Shown: piece by piece, positions 44,386 to 56,414 of the stretch
Position numbering within the stretch: position 1 is the first letter of the stretch
How the letters are laid out: every line of letters starts with the position of its first letter
Assembly (NCBI RefSeq): GCF_009914755.1
Contig: NC_060939.1
Source of the DNA: the human T2T-CHM13v2.0 reference genome, Homo sapiens
Strand: one strand, 5' to 3'
Length of the DNA: 64,000 bases
Notes under the pieces: generated by a model
What the model was told of the DNA's origin: nothing
Database searches by the model: none
The model's input: only the letters and a program-made list of their open reading frames with translations
Made by a program: the position numbers and the translations under genes

Positions 44386-46068
44386 TAGATGTTTTATAAC
44401 TATTATATTTAATCCTTAAAATTACATAGTAAGCCTGTCTACTTTAGATTAGGAGACTGAAACTCAGAAAGCTGAATTGTCAAAGATCACAGAGTTGGAA
44501 GGGGTAAGGCCAGGATGTGAAATGTTCATCTGCCTCCAAAGCTCATCTCCTCTGTTACACCATGCAGCTTTTATACAACTTACTAACATTGCTCATCCCT
44601 CTGATCTTCATCTATCTTTTCATGGTTCATCTCCAATATGCCTTTTTAGCTATCCACAGTGAGAAATTGATCTCTTTCTCTAACAGTTGCATAGTATATA
44701 TTTCTGCATCTTTTTTCTCATCTAGAAAACTAAGAATCAGAGCAATTACATTAGAATTGCTTATACCTTTTAGTAAGTTGAAACCAAAACTAAGGCTCAG
44801 ATCCTCTGACTGCTAATGAAATCCAGAGTTCTTCTTCCATATCACATCTAGTACAGCACCTAGAATGTGTTACGTGGCATTATCAAGTTTAGTTTTAATA
44901 AGTTAAATAGCTTGTGAGGGGGTACAACAGAGCTTCCTTTGAGATATTTTCTTTGACAGTTCAGCCATTTAGGGTCCATAGAATTGTAGAACTGGAAGAG
45001 ACCTTGGAGATCACCTGTTACAGCCCCCACATTTTACAGAGGCACTGAGCTCACTGAATGCAGCTGTGTCATACCACCTTGGTGCTCACCGAGCGCGGCC
45101 CAGTCGTACCACCTTGGTTCTCACTGAGTGTGGCTCTGTTGTACACCTTGGCATTGGTTTAACCTTTCTGTACCTCCTGAGCTCCCTTTTCACTAAGAGA
45201 AAACTTCCACTAAAACTTGAGCACTATTTTCCCATCCATTGAGTTACTTTTTTGTTCCTTTTATGTCAGAAGTCTTAGATTGTTGCTGATGATATATTTA
45301 AAGATAGCCAACTCTAGGTTATTTACTCCAGGAGAGGGGAACACTGTTATAAATCGTCTAGAAATCTATGATTATTTGGCCTTGCAAAGTACATTATACA
45401 TTTTTCGTAATTTCATACATTTTGAATTATGTTTATATAGACTAATATTAAAAGTATTGTGCATTAGTTGGGTGTGGCAAGGGGCCAACAGCTTTTTCTG
45501 GAAAAGAGTAAAAGCAATTTTAAAGAAAGGACATATTTACAGAATAGCTGTTAGGAAAGTAGAGACTGTCAGTAAATGAAAATAGTTGGGATTTACAAAT
45601 ATACTGTTCACTAGACCTGATCATTAAACTGGGCTTTACAACAAGAACTGTACTGTATTCACTTTGTATCTCTAGATTCTATAAAATATAGTAGATACTC
45701 ACACTGAATTGAATGAATGGATGATTTAAGAGCAGATATGATTATTGTGATTAAACATTTGTGTAGCCCTGAGCTTGTTGGTAGTTTAGGCAAAAACCAT
45801 GTAACTTGTATAATAGTCATAATCTAAGAAAAATTTACCATTTCTTCAAAACAGGCAGAATTTTTAATTCTTAGAAGTGTGTTATTTAGTTTCCAAATAT
45901 TTGGAGATTTTCCATCTTTCTATTACTGATTTCTGATTTAATTCCATTGTGGTTCCAGAACACCCTTCCTATAACTTAAATTGTTTTAAATTTGTTGAGA
46001 CTTATATTATGGCTCAGAATATGACCTATTTTGGTAAACAGTCCTTGTACACATGAAAAGAATGTATA

Positions 46069-46348
46069 GCCTGCTTGTGCCTGTAATCCCAGCACTTTGG
46101 GAGGCTGAGGTAGGTGGATGACTTGAGCTCAGGAGTACGAGACCAGCCTGGGAAACGTGGCAAAACCCTGTCTCTACAAAAAATAAAAAATAAAAAATAA
46201 ATTAGCTGGGCATGGTGGTGTGTGCCTGTAGTCCCAGCTACTTGGGAGGCTAAGGTGGGAGGATCGCTGAGCTGAGGAAGTTGAGACTTCAGTGAGCCAT
46301 GATTGCACCACTGCATTCTAGTCTGGGTGACAGAGTAAGACCTCATCT

Positions 46349-46397
<49 letters not shown>
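46069..46397 (+). mobile_element. AluJ with A48 tail
   Basis: J-type motifs; TSD aaagaatgtata. Confidence 0.9.
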
Positions 46398-46399
<2 letters not shown>

Positions 46400-47176
46400 A
46401 TGTATAATCCACTGTATAGGGTATTGTATAATGTCAATTAGATCAAGTTGGCTGATAGTGTTATTCAGATATTTGTTATTAGATATTTGATTTTTATCTA
46501 GTACTATCAATTACTGAAAGAGGGGTGTTGAAATACTCAACAATAATTGTGGCCTACAGTTCTGTTATTTTTTACTTAATGTTTTTTGAAGATATATTCT
46601 TAGGTGCATTTATGTTTGTTATGTCCTCTTGATAAATCGGCCTCATTGACATTATGAAGTAACCTTCTTTGTCTGTGATCATATTCTTTGCTCTGAAATT
46701 TATAGTCTGATATTAAATTCTAGGCTTCATTTTGACAAGTGTTAGCATGATATTTTTTTTTTTACTTTTAACCTATTGTGTCATTATTTTTGAAATGTAT
46801 TTCATGTAGGCAGCATACAGTTGGGTCTTATTTTTTAATCCAGTTGGATGATCTCTGCTTTTTAAGTGAGAGTATTGAGACTATTTACATTTCATATGAT
46901 TATTGATATGTTTGGATTCAAATCTGTCATTTTGCTCTTTGTTTTCTATTTGTTCTGCCTGTATGCCCCCTTTTTTAAGTGATTGCTTTAGAATTCATAA
47001 CTTAACATAGTCTTCCTATGTAAATAGTATTGTACCACTTTATAGTCTACAAATCTTACAGTGGTGTATTTTCATTTCCCTCATCCCAGCCTTTGTTTTA
47101 TTATCATCCATTTTACATCATCATATGCGATAAACCCCAAAATGCATTGTCACTACTTTTGCTTTAGATATTTATC

Positions 47177-47463
47177 TTTTTTTTTTTTTTTTGAGACAGA
47201 GTCTCGCTCTGTCGCCTAGGCTGGAGTGCAGTGGTGCGATCTCGGCTCCGCCTCCTGGGTTCACACCATTCTTCTGCCTCAGCCTCCCGAGTAGCTGGGA
47301 CTACAGGCGCCTGCCACCACGCCCGGCTAATTTTTTTCTACTTTTGGTAGAGATGGGGTTTCACCATGTTAGGCAGGATGGTCTCGAACTCCTGACCTTG
47401 TGATCTGCCCACCTCGGCCTCCCAAAGTGCAGGGATTACAGGTGTGAGTCACCGTGCCCGGCC
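47177..47463 (-). mobile_element. AluY-like (small deletion)
   Basis: TSD atatttatctttt. Confidence 0.9.
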
Positions 47464-47952
47464 TGGAAATATTTATCTTTTAAAGACATTTAAAAAGTAA
47501 GAAAAATAGTATTCTATTTTTATTCCTGTATTTACCAATGCCAGTGCTCTTCATTCCTTTGTGTGGTTCAGATTTCCATCTAGTAGTATTTTCCTTCTGT
47601 CTGAATGACTTCTTCCTTTACATTTCATATAGTGTGGGTCTTTTGGTATTCTTTCAGCTTTTGTATGTCTAAAAATGTATATTTCACTTTCATTTTTGGG
47701 AGGCATTTTAATTTTTGCTAAATGTAGAATTCTAGGTTGGCTGCTGTTTTCTTTCAGTTTTTTAAAGATTTTGTTTCACTGTTTTCTTTCTTTCCAGTGA
47801 GAAGTTTACTGTCATTTTAAATCTTTGTTCCTCTGTATATTAGAATTGGCTTCATTCTGGCTGCTTTCAAGACTTTTTCTTTATCACTGGTATTGAGCTG
47901 GTGTTTACATCTTTAATGTCTCTACTTAACATGTTTAAAACTTCCTCTGCTT

Positions 47953-48092
47953 TCTTTTTTTTTGTTTTTATAAATAAAGATGGGGTTTTGCCACATTGTC
48001 CAGGCTTGTCTTGAATTCATGGGCTCAAGCAATCCACCCGCCTCCACCTATCAAAGTGCTGGGATTACAGGTGTGAGCCAGGGCACCTGGCC
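47953..48092 (-). mobile_element. Alu left monomer (FLAM-like)
   Basis: Single arm; TSD tcctctgctttctt. Confidence 0.85.
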
Positions 48093-48119
48093 TCCTCTGC
48101 TTTCTTGAAAGTATGAAAT

Positions 48120-48455
<336 letters not shown>

Positions 48456-48720
48456 TTATTCCATCATATGTGTCATATCTGGATCAGTTTTGACTGATTC
48501 CTCTTCTCCTCACTTTGGGTTGTATTTTTCACTTTTTTTTCATATCTTATAATTTTTTTTAAGTGAAAAGCAAGTTTATTAAGAAAGTAAAGGAATAAGA
48601 GAATAGCTACTCTGCTTGAGCAGAGCAGCTATGCCTTATAATTTTTTATTGGATACCAGACATGTGGCATGGGTGCTATTTTTGCTCTGCTATAAATATT
48701 TTTGAACTTTATTCTGAGAT

Positions 48721-49301
48721 TGTGGTGGGTAATATTGAGTGTTAACTCGATTGGGTTGAAGGATGCAAAGTATTGTTTCGGGGTGTGTCTGTGAAGGTGT
48801 TAATATTCAGAGAGATTAACATTTGAGTTAATGTTAACGTAAGAGATTAACATTTGAGTCAGTGGGCTGGGAGAGGCAGACCCACCTGCAATCTGGGTGG
48901 GCACCATCTAATCAGCTGCCAGTGTGGCTAGGATAAAAGCAGGCAGAAGTTGGAAGGACTTGACTTGCTGAGTCTTCCTGCCTTCATCTTTCTTCCATGC
49001 TGGATGCTTCCTGACCTTGAACATCAGACTCCAAGTTCTTCAGCTTTTGGACTCTTGGACCTACACCAGTGATTTGCCGGGGGCTTTCAGGCCTTCAGCT
49101 ACAGACTGAAGGCTGCACTGTTGGCTTCCCTACTTTTGAGGTTTTCAGACTTGGACTGGCTTCCTTGCTCCTCAGCTTGCAGATGGCCTATTGTGGGACT
49201 TCACCTTGTCATCCTGTGAGTCAATACTCCTTAATAAATTCCCCTTCATATATACATCTATCCTATTAGTTCTGTTCCTCTAGAGAACCCTGACTAATAC
49301 A
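48721..49301 (+). mobile_element. Solo LTR, MLT2A (ERVL/HERVL family)
   Basis: TG...CA termini, perfect 5-bp TSD GAGAT (48716-48720, 49302-49306), MLT2 end ctagagaaccctgactaataca, AATAAA at 49233-49238. Confidence 0.92.
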
Positions 49302-49899
49302 GAGATGGTATTTAGTTACTTTTGAATAATTTGATTCTTTCAAGGCTTGCTTTTAAGTTTTATTAGACAGTACCAGCCCAGTGGTTAGTCTAGAACTAAT
49401 TTTCCCCGTGCAGCAGAGGTAGTACTCTTCTGAGTACTCTACCTGGTGCCTTGCAAATTGCAAGGTTTTTCCACACTGACTGGTGGGAATACAAACTTTT
49501 CTTGCCCAGTATTAATCTGGAGATCGTTTCTTCTGAGCCTTTCTAGTGGTTCTCTCCCTGGCCTCAGGTGATCTCCTGACATCTATGTACAGATCATTCA
49601 TTACTCAGCTGAAGACTCCAGGACCCCCTCGGCAGACCTCTGGAGCTCTCTCCCTCAGGTCCTCTGCCAGCTCTCTGCCCTCTGCTTCTCTAGCTTCCTT
49701 GGCCTCCTCAGACTCTCAGTTTTGTCTTCTCATCTTAGGGAGATGGCTTATCTCTGCCTGGTTTCCCCTCCCTGCACTGAGGCCTGGGAACTCTCTGGTC
49801 AGCAAGCTGGGCAATCATAGGGCTCATCTCATTTGTTTTCCATCTTTCAGGGATCACTGCCCCATTCTGGCTAATGTCCAATGTCTGGAAGCCTGTTGA

Positions 49900-49931
<32 letters not shown>

Positions 49932-49932
49932 T
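49900..49932 (+). repeat. (TG)n microsatellite
   Basis: TG repeat. Confidence 0.9.
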
Positions 49933-49955
49933 TTTAGTACCTCTTCCTTTCTTTT

Positions 49956-51238
49956 TTTTAATTTAACTTTTAACTTTTTTAACTTTTAATTTAACTTTTT
50001 TTAACTTTTTTTTACTTTTAATTTTTTAAAAATTAAAAAAGTTAATTTTTTTAACTTTTAATTTAACTTTTTTAATTTAACTTTTAAGGGGTACATGTGC
50101 AGGTTTGTTATATAAGTATACTTGTGCCATGGGGGTTTGTTGTACAGATTATTTTGTCACCCAGGTATTAAGCCTAGTACCTATTAGTTATTTTTCCTGA
50201 TCATCTCCCCACTTCACCCTCCACCTTCTGATAGGCCACAGTGTGTGGTGTTTCCCTCTATGTGTCCATGTGTTCTCATAAGTTAGCTCCCACTTATAAG
50301 TGAGAACATGTGGTATTCGGTTTCCTGTTCTTGTGTTAGTTTGCTAAAGATGATGACCTCCAGCTCCATCCATGTTCCTGCAGAGGACATGATCTCATTG
50401 TTTTTTATGACTGCATAGTATTCCATGGTGTGTATGTACCACATTTTCTTTATCCAGTCTACCAGTGATGGGCATTTAGGTTGATTCCATGTCTTTGCTA
50501 TTGCGAATAGTGCTGCAATGACCATTTGCATGCGTGTGTCTTTATAATAGAATGCTTTATATTCATTTGGGTATATACCCAGTAATGGGATTGCTGGGTC
50601 AAATGGTATTTCTGTTTTTAGGACTTTGAGGAATCACTGCACTGTCTTCCACAATGGTTGAACTAATTTACACTCCTTCCAACAGTATATAAGCATTCCT
50701 TTTTCTCCACAACCTTGCCAGCATCTGTTATTTTTTGACTTTTTAGTAATAGCCATTCTGACTGATGTGAGATGGTATCTCATTGTGGTTTTGATTTACG
50801 TTTCTCAAATGATCAGTGATGTTGAGCGTTTTTCCATAGGATTGTTGGCCTCGTGTATATCTTCTTTTGAGAAGTGTCTGTTCGTGTCCTTTGCCCACTT
50901 TTTAATGGGGTTGTCTTTTTCTTACAAATTTGTATAGACCCCTTCCTTATACCCCTTTACTGCAAAAATTAACTCAAAATTAAAGACTTAAATGTAAAAC
51001 CCAAAGTACAAAAACCCTGGAAGGCAACCTAGGAAATACCATTCTGGACATAGGAGTGGGATAAAGATTTCATGATGAAGACACCAAAAGCGATTGCAAC
51101 AAAGGCAAAAATTGACAAATGGGATCTAATTAAACTAAAGAGCTGCACAGCAAAGGAAATTATCAACAGGGTGAACAGACAGCCTACAGAATGGGAGAAA
51201 AATTTTGCGAACTATGCATCTGACAGAGTTCTAATATC
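49956..51238 (-). mobile_element. L1PA 3' insertion with 5' inversion (twin priming)
   Basis: Reverse 3'UTR and ORF2 C-terminus to ~50934 (ORF ...IAALFAIAKTWNQPKCPS...), then forward ORF2 ([22 protein letters not shown]) to ~51238; TSD CCTTTCTTTT at 49946-49955 and 51239-51248. Confidence 0.92.
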
Positions 51239-51334
51239 CCTTTCTTTTCCTTACACCACTCTAATCCAGATGCTTGGCTTCTTTCTTGTCAGACATGTAT
51301 ACCAGCTTTTGAATTGTTCTCAGTAAATAGAAGC

Positions 51335-51530
51335 TACCATTTATTGATGATTTATACAATGCTAAGCATTTTGCATGCATTTTTTAAATTAATGCTCACA
51401 ACATTTTGTAACTCTTACTGATTCCTGTTTTACAAAAGCTGAGGCACAGAGAAGTTAAATAACTTGCCCAAGGTCCCACAACTGATAAGTAGTGGAGCCA
51501 GGATTTAAACATAGGTAGTCTTGTTCTAAG
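51335..51530 (-). mobile_element. MIR
   Basis: ctgaggcacagagaagttaaataacttgcccaaggtc is the reverse MIR core. Confidence 0.85.
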
Positions 51531-51569
51531 TGCCGGTGACCCCCCTGCCGGCGCTGCTCACTGCTCTCA

Positions 51570-52222
51570 GATTTGGCTTGCCAAGGGTCATCCTGGTCAC
51601 ATTTATTTCCCTCTCAAAAGTCTTCAGAGGCTTCACGTCACTTCCCAGATAAACTAAAGACTTTAGAGGATGGAATTCAAGATCCTCCACGACATGTCGT
51701 CAGTCTGCTTTTATAGCATTATCTTACATGTTTGAATCCTGTGTGTCTTTTAAGTTGAACTCGTTGCCTTATCTGAACTCAGGCACTTTCTCACTTCAAC
51801 ACTTTGATTCACGTATTCCTCTCTAATTAGAATGCTTTCACCCGTTATCTCTACCTATCAAAATCTTTAACACCTTTCAAGGATCAGCTGAAAAGCCTGC
51901 TCCTTCATTGAACTTTTCTGGATAAGCCCTGTCACATATGGTCTATCTCTCACTCACTCATTTTCTTCTTTGAACCTCTCTAGAATTCCCTGTATATGTC
52001 TTTTAAGGGTGTTATCACCAACTGCCTTGTATTTTGCTGTTAGTATACCTGTACATTTCCCATATTATATTGAAAACTCTGTAAGTGGGGAACAGATCTT
52101 ATTTATCTTCTTGCCTTACTCCGTGATTCCTGCAGATCCTTGCATATAGGGTATAGTACAAAGCATTACACATAACGAGTAAGTGTTCAATACATAATTT
52201 GTTGAGTGACTGAGTGAATAAA
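51570..52222 (+). mobile_element. L2 3' fragment
   Basis: Ends agtaagtgttcaatacat...gttgagtgactgagtgaataaa. Confidence 0.7.
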
Positions 52223-54279
52223 TTTTTGTTCTTCTGTTTGTTCTTTAGTTCATTCATCTTTTAAAGTAACATCTTGAAAGCAGGTTCAGCTCACATACAA
52301 AATATCTCATAGCGTTCTTTATATGGACCATTGCTCTCACCCAGAATATTTCTTAGCTTTTTTTATATTAAAGGGTGAAATGGAAGGTTAAGAGTTAGAA
52401 GCGTATTTGATCTTTTCCTGACCCTCTCCTGACTTTTGTGTGACTTCAAGCATGTCACTTGAACCTCCCAGTGACCTCAGCTGTGAAACGGGGCTGCCTG
52501 ATGTCACAGAGGATTGTGAAGAGCAGCAAATCACAGTCCTTGTCCAAACTGAATCACCTGCAGGGTCTGACGCCTGCATGGAATGATGAGGGAAATTTAA
52601 TTTTCCAAGCAAAGTGGTCAGTTGGACCCACACTTTGAATGTCTATGGGCACAATTAGATGAGTCCTTGAAAATCTGTTGCTTTTCCTACTCAAAATGTT
52701 TCTCATGTTATGCTTCTAAATGTTCTTATTTTTTAGACAAAAAAGCATATTGTAAATGTTTCCCTTTTTAGACTTCTGAGGTAGGAATATATTACAAGAT
52801 ATTTTTAAAAGAAGTTGAATTTTGGAAAGAATAATGTACCATGAATTTCTATTTTATACTATTGAATTTAGAAAATGTTCTGCCTCAAAGAGAACATTTT
52901 GAAAATGATGCTAATCACATTTTAAAGATAACTATTTCATAATGACCATGTGTAATTCATGAAACGTGTTTCTACCTTTTTGTCTGTTTGTTTGGTGCAG
53001 GTAGTCAAGACAATTGCAGATAAGTAGAGCAGAAAACAAATAAAAATACTGTTAGCCATCTTGTAAACAGAACCTTTTTATACCATTAATGTATTCTATA
53101 AAATCTTTCAAGTAGTAATGCTTGGAGGATTTAATAGATTTCCCACTATTGTTTGTTTTCTAAGTGGGAAAAATCCATCTAACAGGAAATTTCTTAGCAT
53201 TGTATATTGCATGTGCCAATTATCATTCTTTGACTGCTTTGGGTTTCTGCTGCTTTTAAACTAGCATTTAAATGGACCATTTGATTAATCATTTGTATAC
53301 TGACTATAATCCTCCCAAATTTCCTTTCTGAGTTGTACATACTGTAAAAGACAATTATGTCGCCATAGATTAAATAAGTGAATTAAAACAGAATAGCAGC
53401 TTAATTTGACCTGTGATTTTGCTCTCTTTCCCTTTAGTGAAGTGTGTGCCACTCCAGCAAATAAACGAAGTCATCCATGACAGCTTGTGATGAATTGCCG
53501 TATTTATACTGTATATTTTAATAGCCTCACACTAATTTAAATTGAGCACAGAGTAAATTATAATTCAGTCACTTGACTGCTTATATTTAACTTGACAACT
53601 CATCCTTATTTGTCCTGGAGGTGTAGTGGAGAGCAGTGGAAATGCACCAAGGTATTTCAGTTTCTCACTTAACCCTTTCTCCATGGAATGCTTCATATTC
53701 AAATTCTTTCCAGTTTGAAACATTTAGCACTTCCTAAGGAGAAAAAAATAATGAAGAATCAGGGAGTCCGTACTTTCCTTGGACTCCAAAAAGAAAATTA
53801 GTCTTTGCCATGCTTTTTGCCGTTGCCTTCAAATAAGGAATTGGATTTGTTTATTTTTAGCAGTTTTAAAGCTCACTCACAAGAATACACAGGGGAAGGA
53901 GAATTAACCTTCCACCCAGAGTGCCAAGTCTCCCAGAAAATAGAGAGCATTTGAGTAGAGTTATTTTAAGGTGGGTTCTACTTTCCCTCTCAAGTTCTCA
54001 GAAATTACTTTATTTGTTTTTTCCATCATTTTGGAATCTCCTCTATTCTAGACTAAAGCAAATACCAACAATGATCAAAACGAATTAGAGTACAGCGGAT
54101 TAGCTCCACAAATACAGTATTCCTTACTACATTTTAGGTCAGTGTGGCATTTTTATTTGTTTGGTGGTGTACATTTTTAGTTTTAAATTCAGTTTAAAAT
54201 CAAGCAATCTATTTCTTCTGTCTAGAAACAGTTTCTTATAAAGAGGATTATAGTTGTAAAGACTTGAGTTAAATCCTAC

Positions 54280-54835
54280 ATCACTTACTAGGCACTACTG
54301 TGAGTTAGACCCTGTGTGGAGTGCTGGGGGGGATAGAAAAATGTACAAGACTCAGCCCTTGCCCTTGAGAGGCGCATAGCCACTCTAATCTTGAGGCTTC
54401 TGTTTTTAGGAGATGAGGGATGCATGCTCAAGGCAGAATGTACATATTGAGGGCCAGAGCTAGAGATGAATTTTGATGGAGGACTTTGAGGTGAGCTTCA
54501 TGGAGACAATGGTGGCATTCAAGCTGGGTCTAAAAGATAGAACAGGTTTTTTCAATCAGTGCCTGGAGAAGAGAGAGGAAGCACACCCCAAGTACAGGAA
54601 ACAGCAGGAGCAAAGGCTGTAAGTAGGGAAAGCACAGGATATGTGTGTACACCAGGAAATGTCATCTGATTTCACATGAAGGGTGGGTTTGTGGTGGGAG
54701 TAGTGGGAAGAGGAGTTAGAATAAGTTGTCTATATTGTGGAAGAATTCCTTGAATGTCATGCTAGAGTTTTAACTTTATTGTAGGCGATGGGAACACATT
54801 AAGGTTCTTGATCAAGGGAATGATATATTCACAGC
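54280..54835 (-). mobile_element. L2 fragment
   Basis: ttactaggcactactgtgag...cccttgcccttgag and gcttcatggag are reverse L2 motifs. Confidence 0.7.
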
Positions 54836-54976
54836 CAGTAGTTTGGGGTTAATTCCAGGAGGGTGGCTAGCAATGTGGAATCATGTCATTTCTGGGTTGT
54901 TGGTGGCCTGGAGATGCAATATATCTTAATAGTCATATATCTTAGCACTGAATAAATGGCTTTTGAAACCTTAAAT

Positions 54977-55154
54977 AAGTGATTCTCAACCTTACTTTGG
55001 GTTAGGAATTACCTGGGGAGCTTTACAAAATAACAAAGATGTGGGCCCAACCCAAGGGATTCTCATTCCATTGTTTTGGGGTAAAGCCTGCACCTTGGGA
55101 TTTTTTTCAAGTGCCCTAGGTATTACGATATGAGGCCAGGGTTGAGAACCATTG
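54977..55154. mobile_element. MER5A-like hAT-Charlie DNA transposon (MITE)
   Basis: TIRs aagtgattctcaa / ttgagaaccattg, ~180 bp, internal ggaattacctggggagcttt. Confidence 0.85.
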
Positions 55155-55415
55155 ATTTAAGGTTAATAATAACTTCATTCCTTTTATCAGACTTTTTTAG
55201 AGTGAGAGATTCCTGGTATTTGTCATCATAGTAGGAATAGCTGTAGTATTTTATGCTATAGGATTGAACTGATGCTAGATGAATTAATTTTGTTGGTAAG
55301 TTTTACACAAAAACAAAAATGTAAGTGAATATTGTTGGCAAGTGACTATTGATCAGGAGAAGTGTTTAAATGTTTCTTGGCAGTTTTGTATTACACTTAC
55401 AGTCTAGTTTACTGA

Positions 55416-55740
<325 letters not shown>

Positions 55741-56091
55741 TGCAAACTCTTGATAGAAACCACCTATGCCTTTTTTTTCCCCACCTTCCGCTTCCCCAAA
55801 TCAACGCCTGGCCAATGTCAGGACTATAAAATGTACTTTAGAATTGTCCTTTTCTTTCCTTGCTCTATTAGCAGTTTATAATGCATAACTTATGCTTTTT
55901 TCTTCAGTATGATTGTATATATATTCTTCAGTTGTAATACAAAATGTAATTCAAAGTTGAATGCTACATAACTACACTATCATAGTAATTCTGAATGTTA
56001 AGTTTTTATCTAGAAATGTCTAGAGCCAGAAACTCTGCCACAAATCATAAAAATTGTTTTCCACCTATTCTATTCTCATCACTGCCTTTTA

Positions 56092-56414
<323 letters not shown>

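Noticed and set aside
50283-51326. L1 ORF2-like ORFs as an active element
   Set aside because: Only ~1.3 kb, 5'-truncated and inverted, with no promoter, ORF1, endonuclease or RT core.
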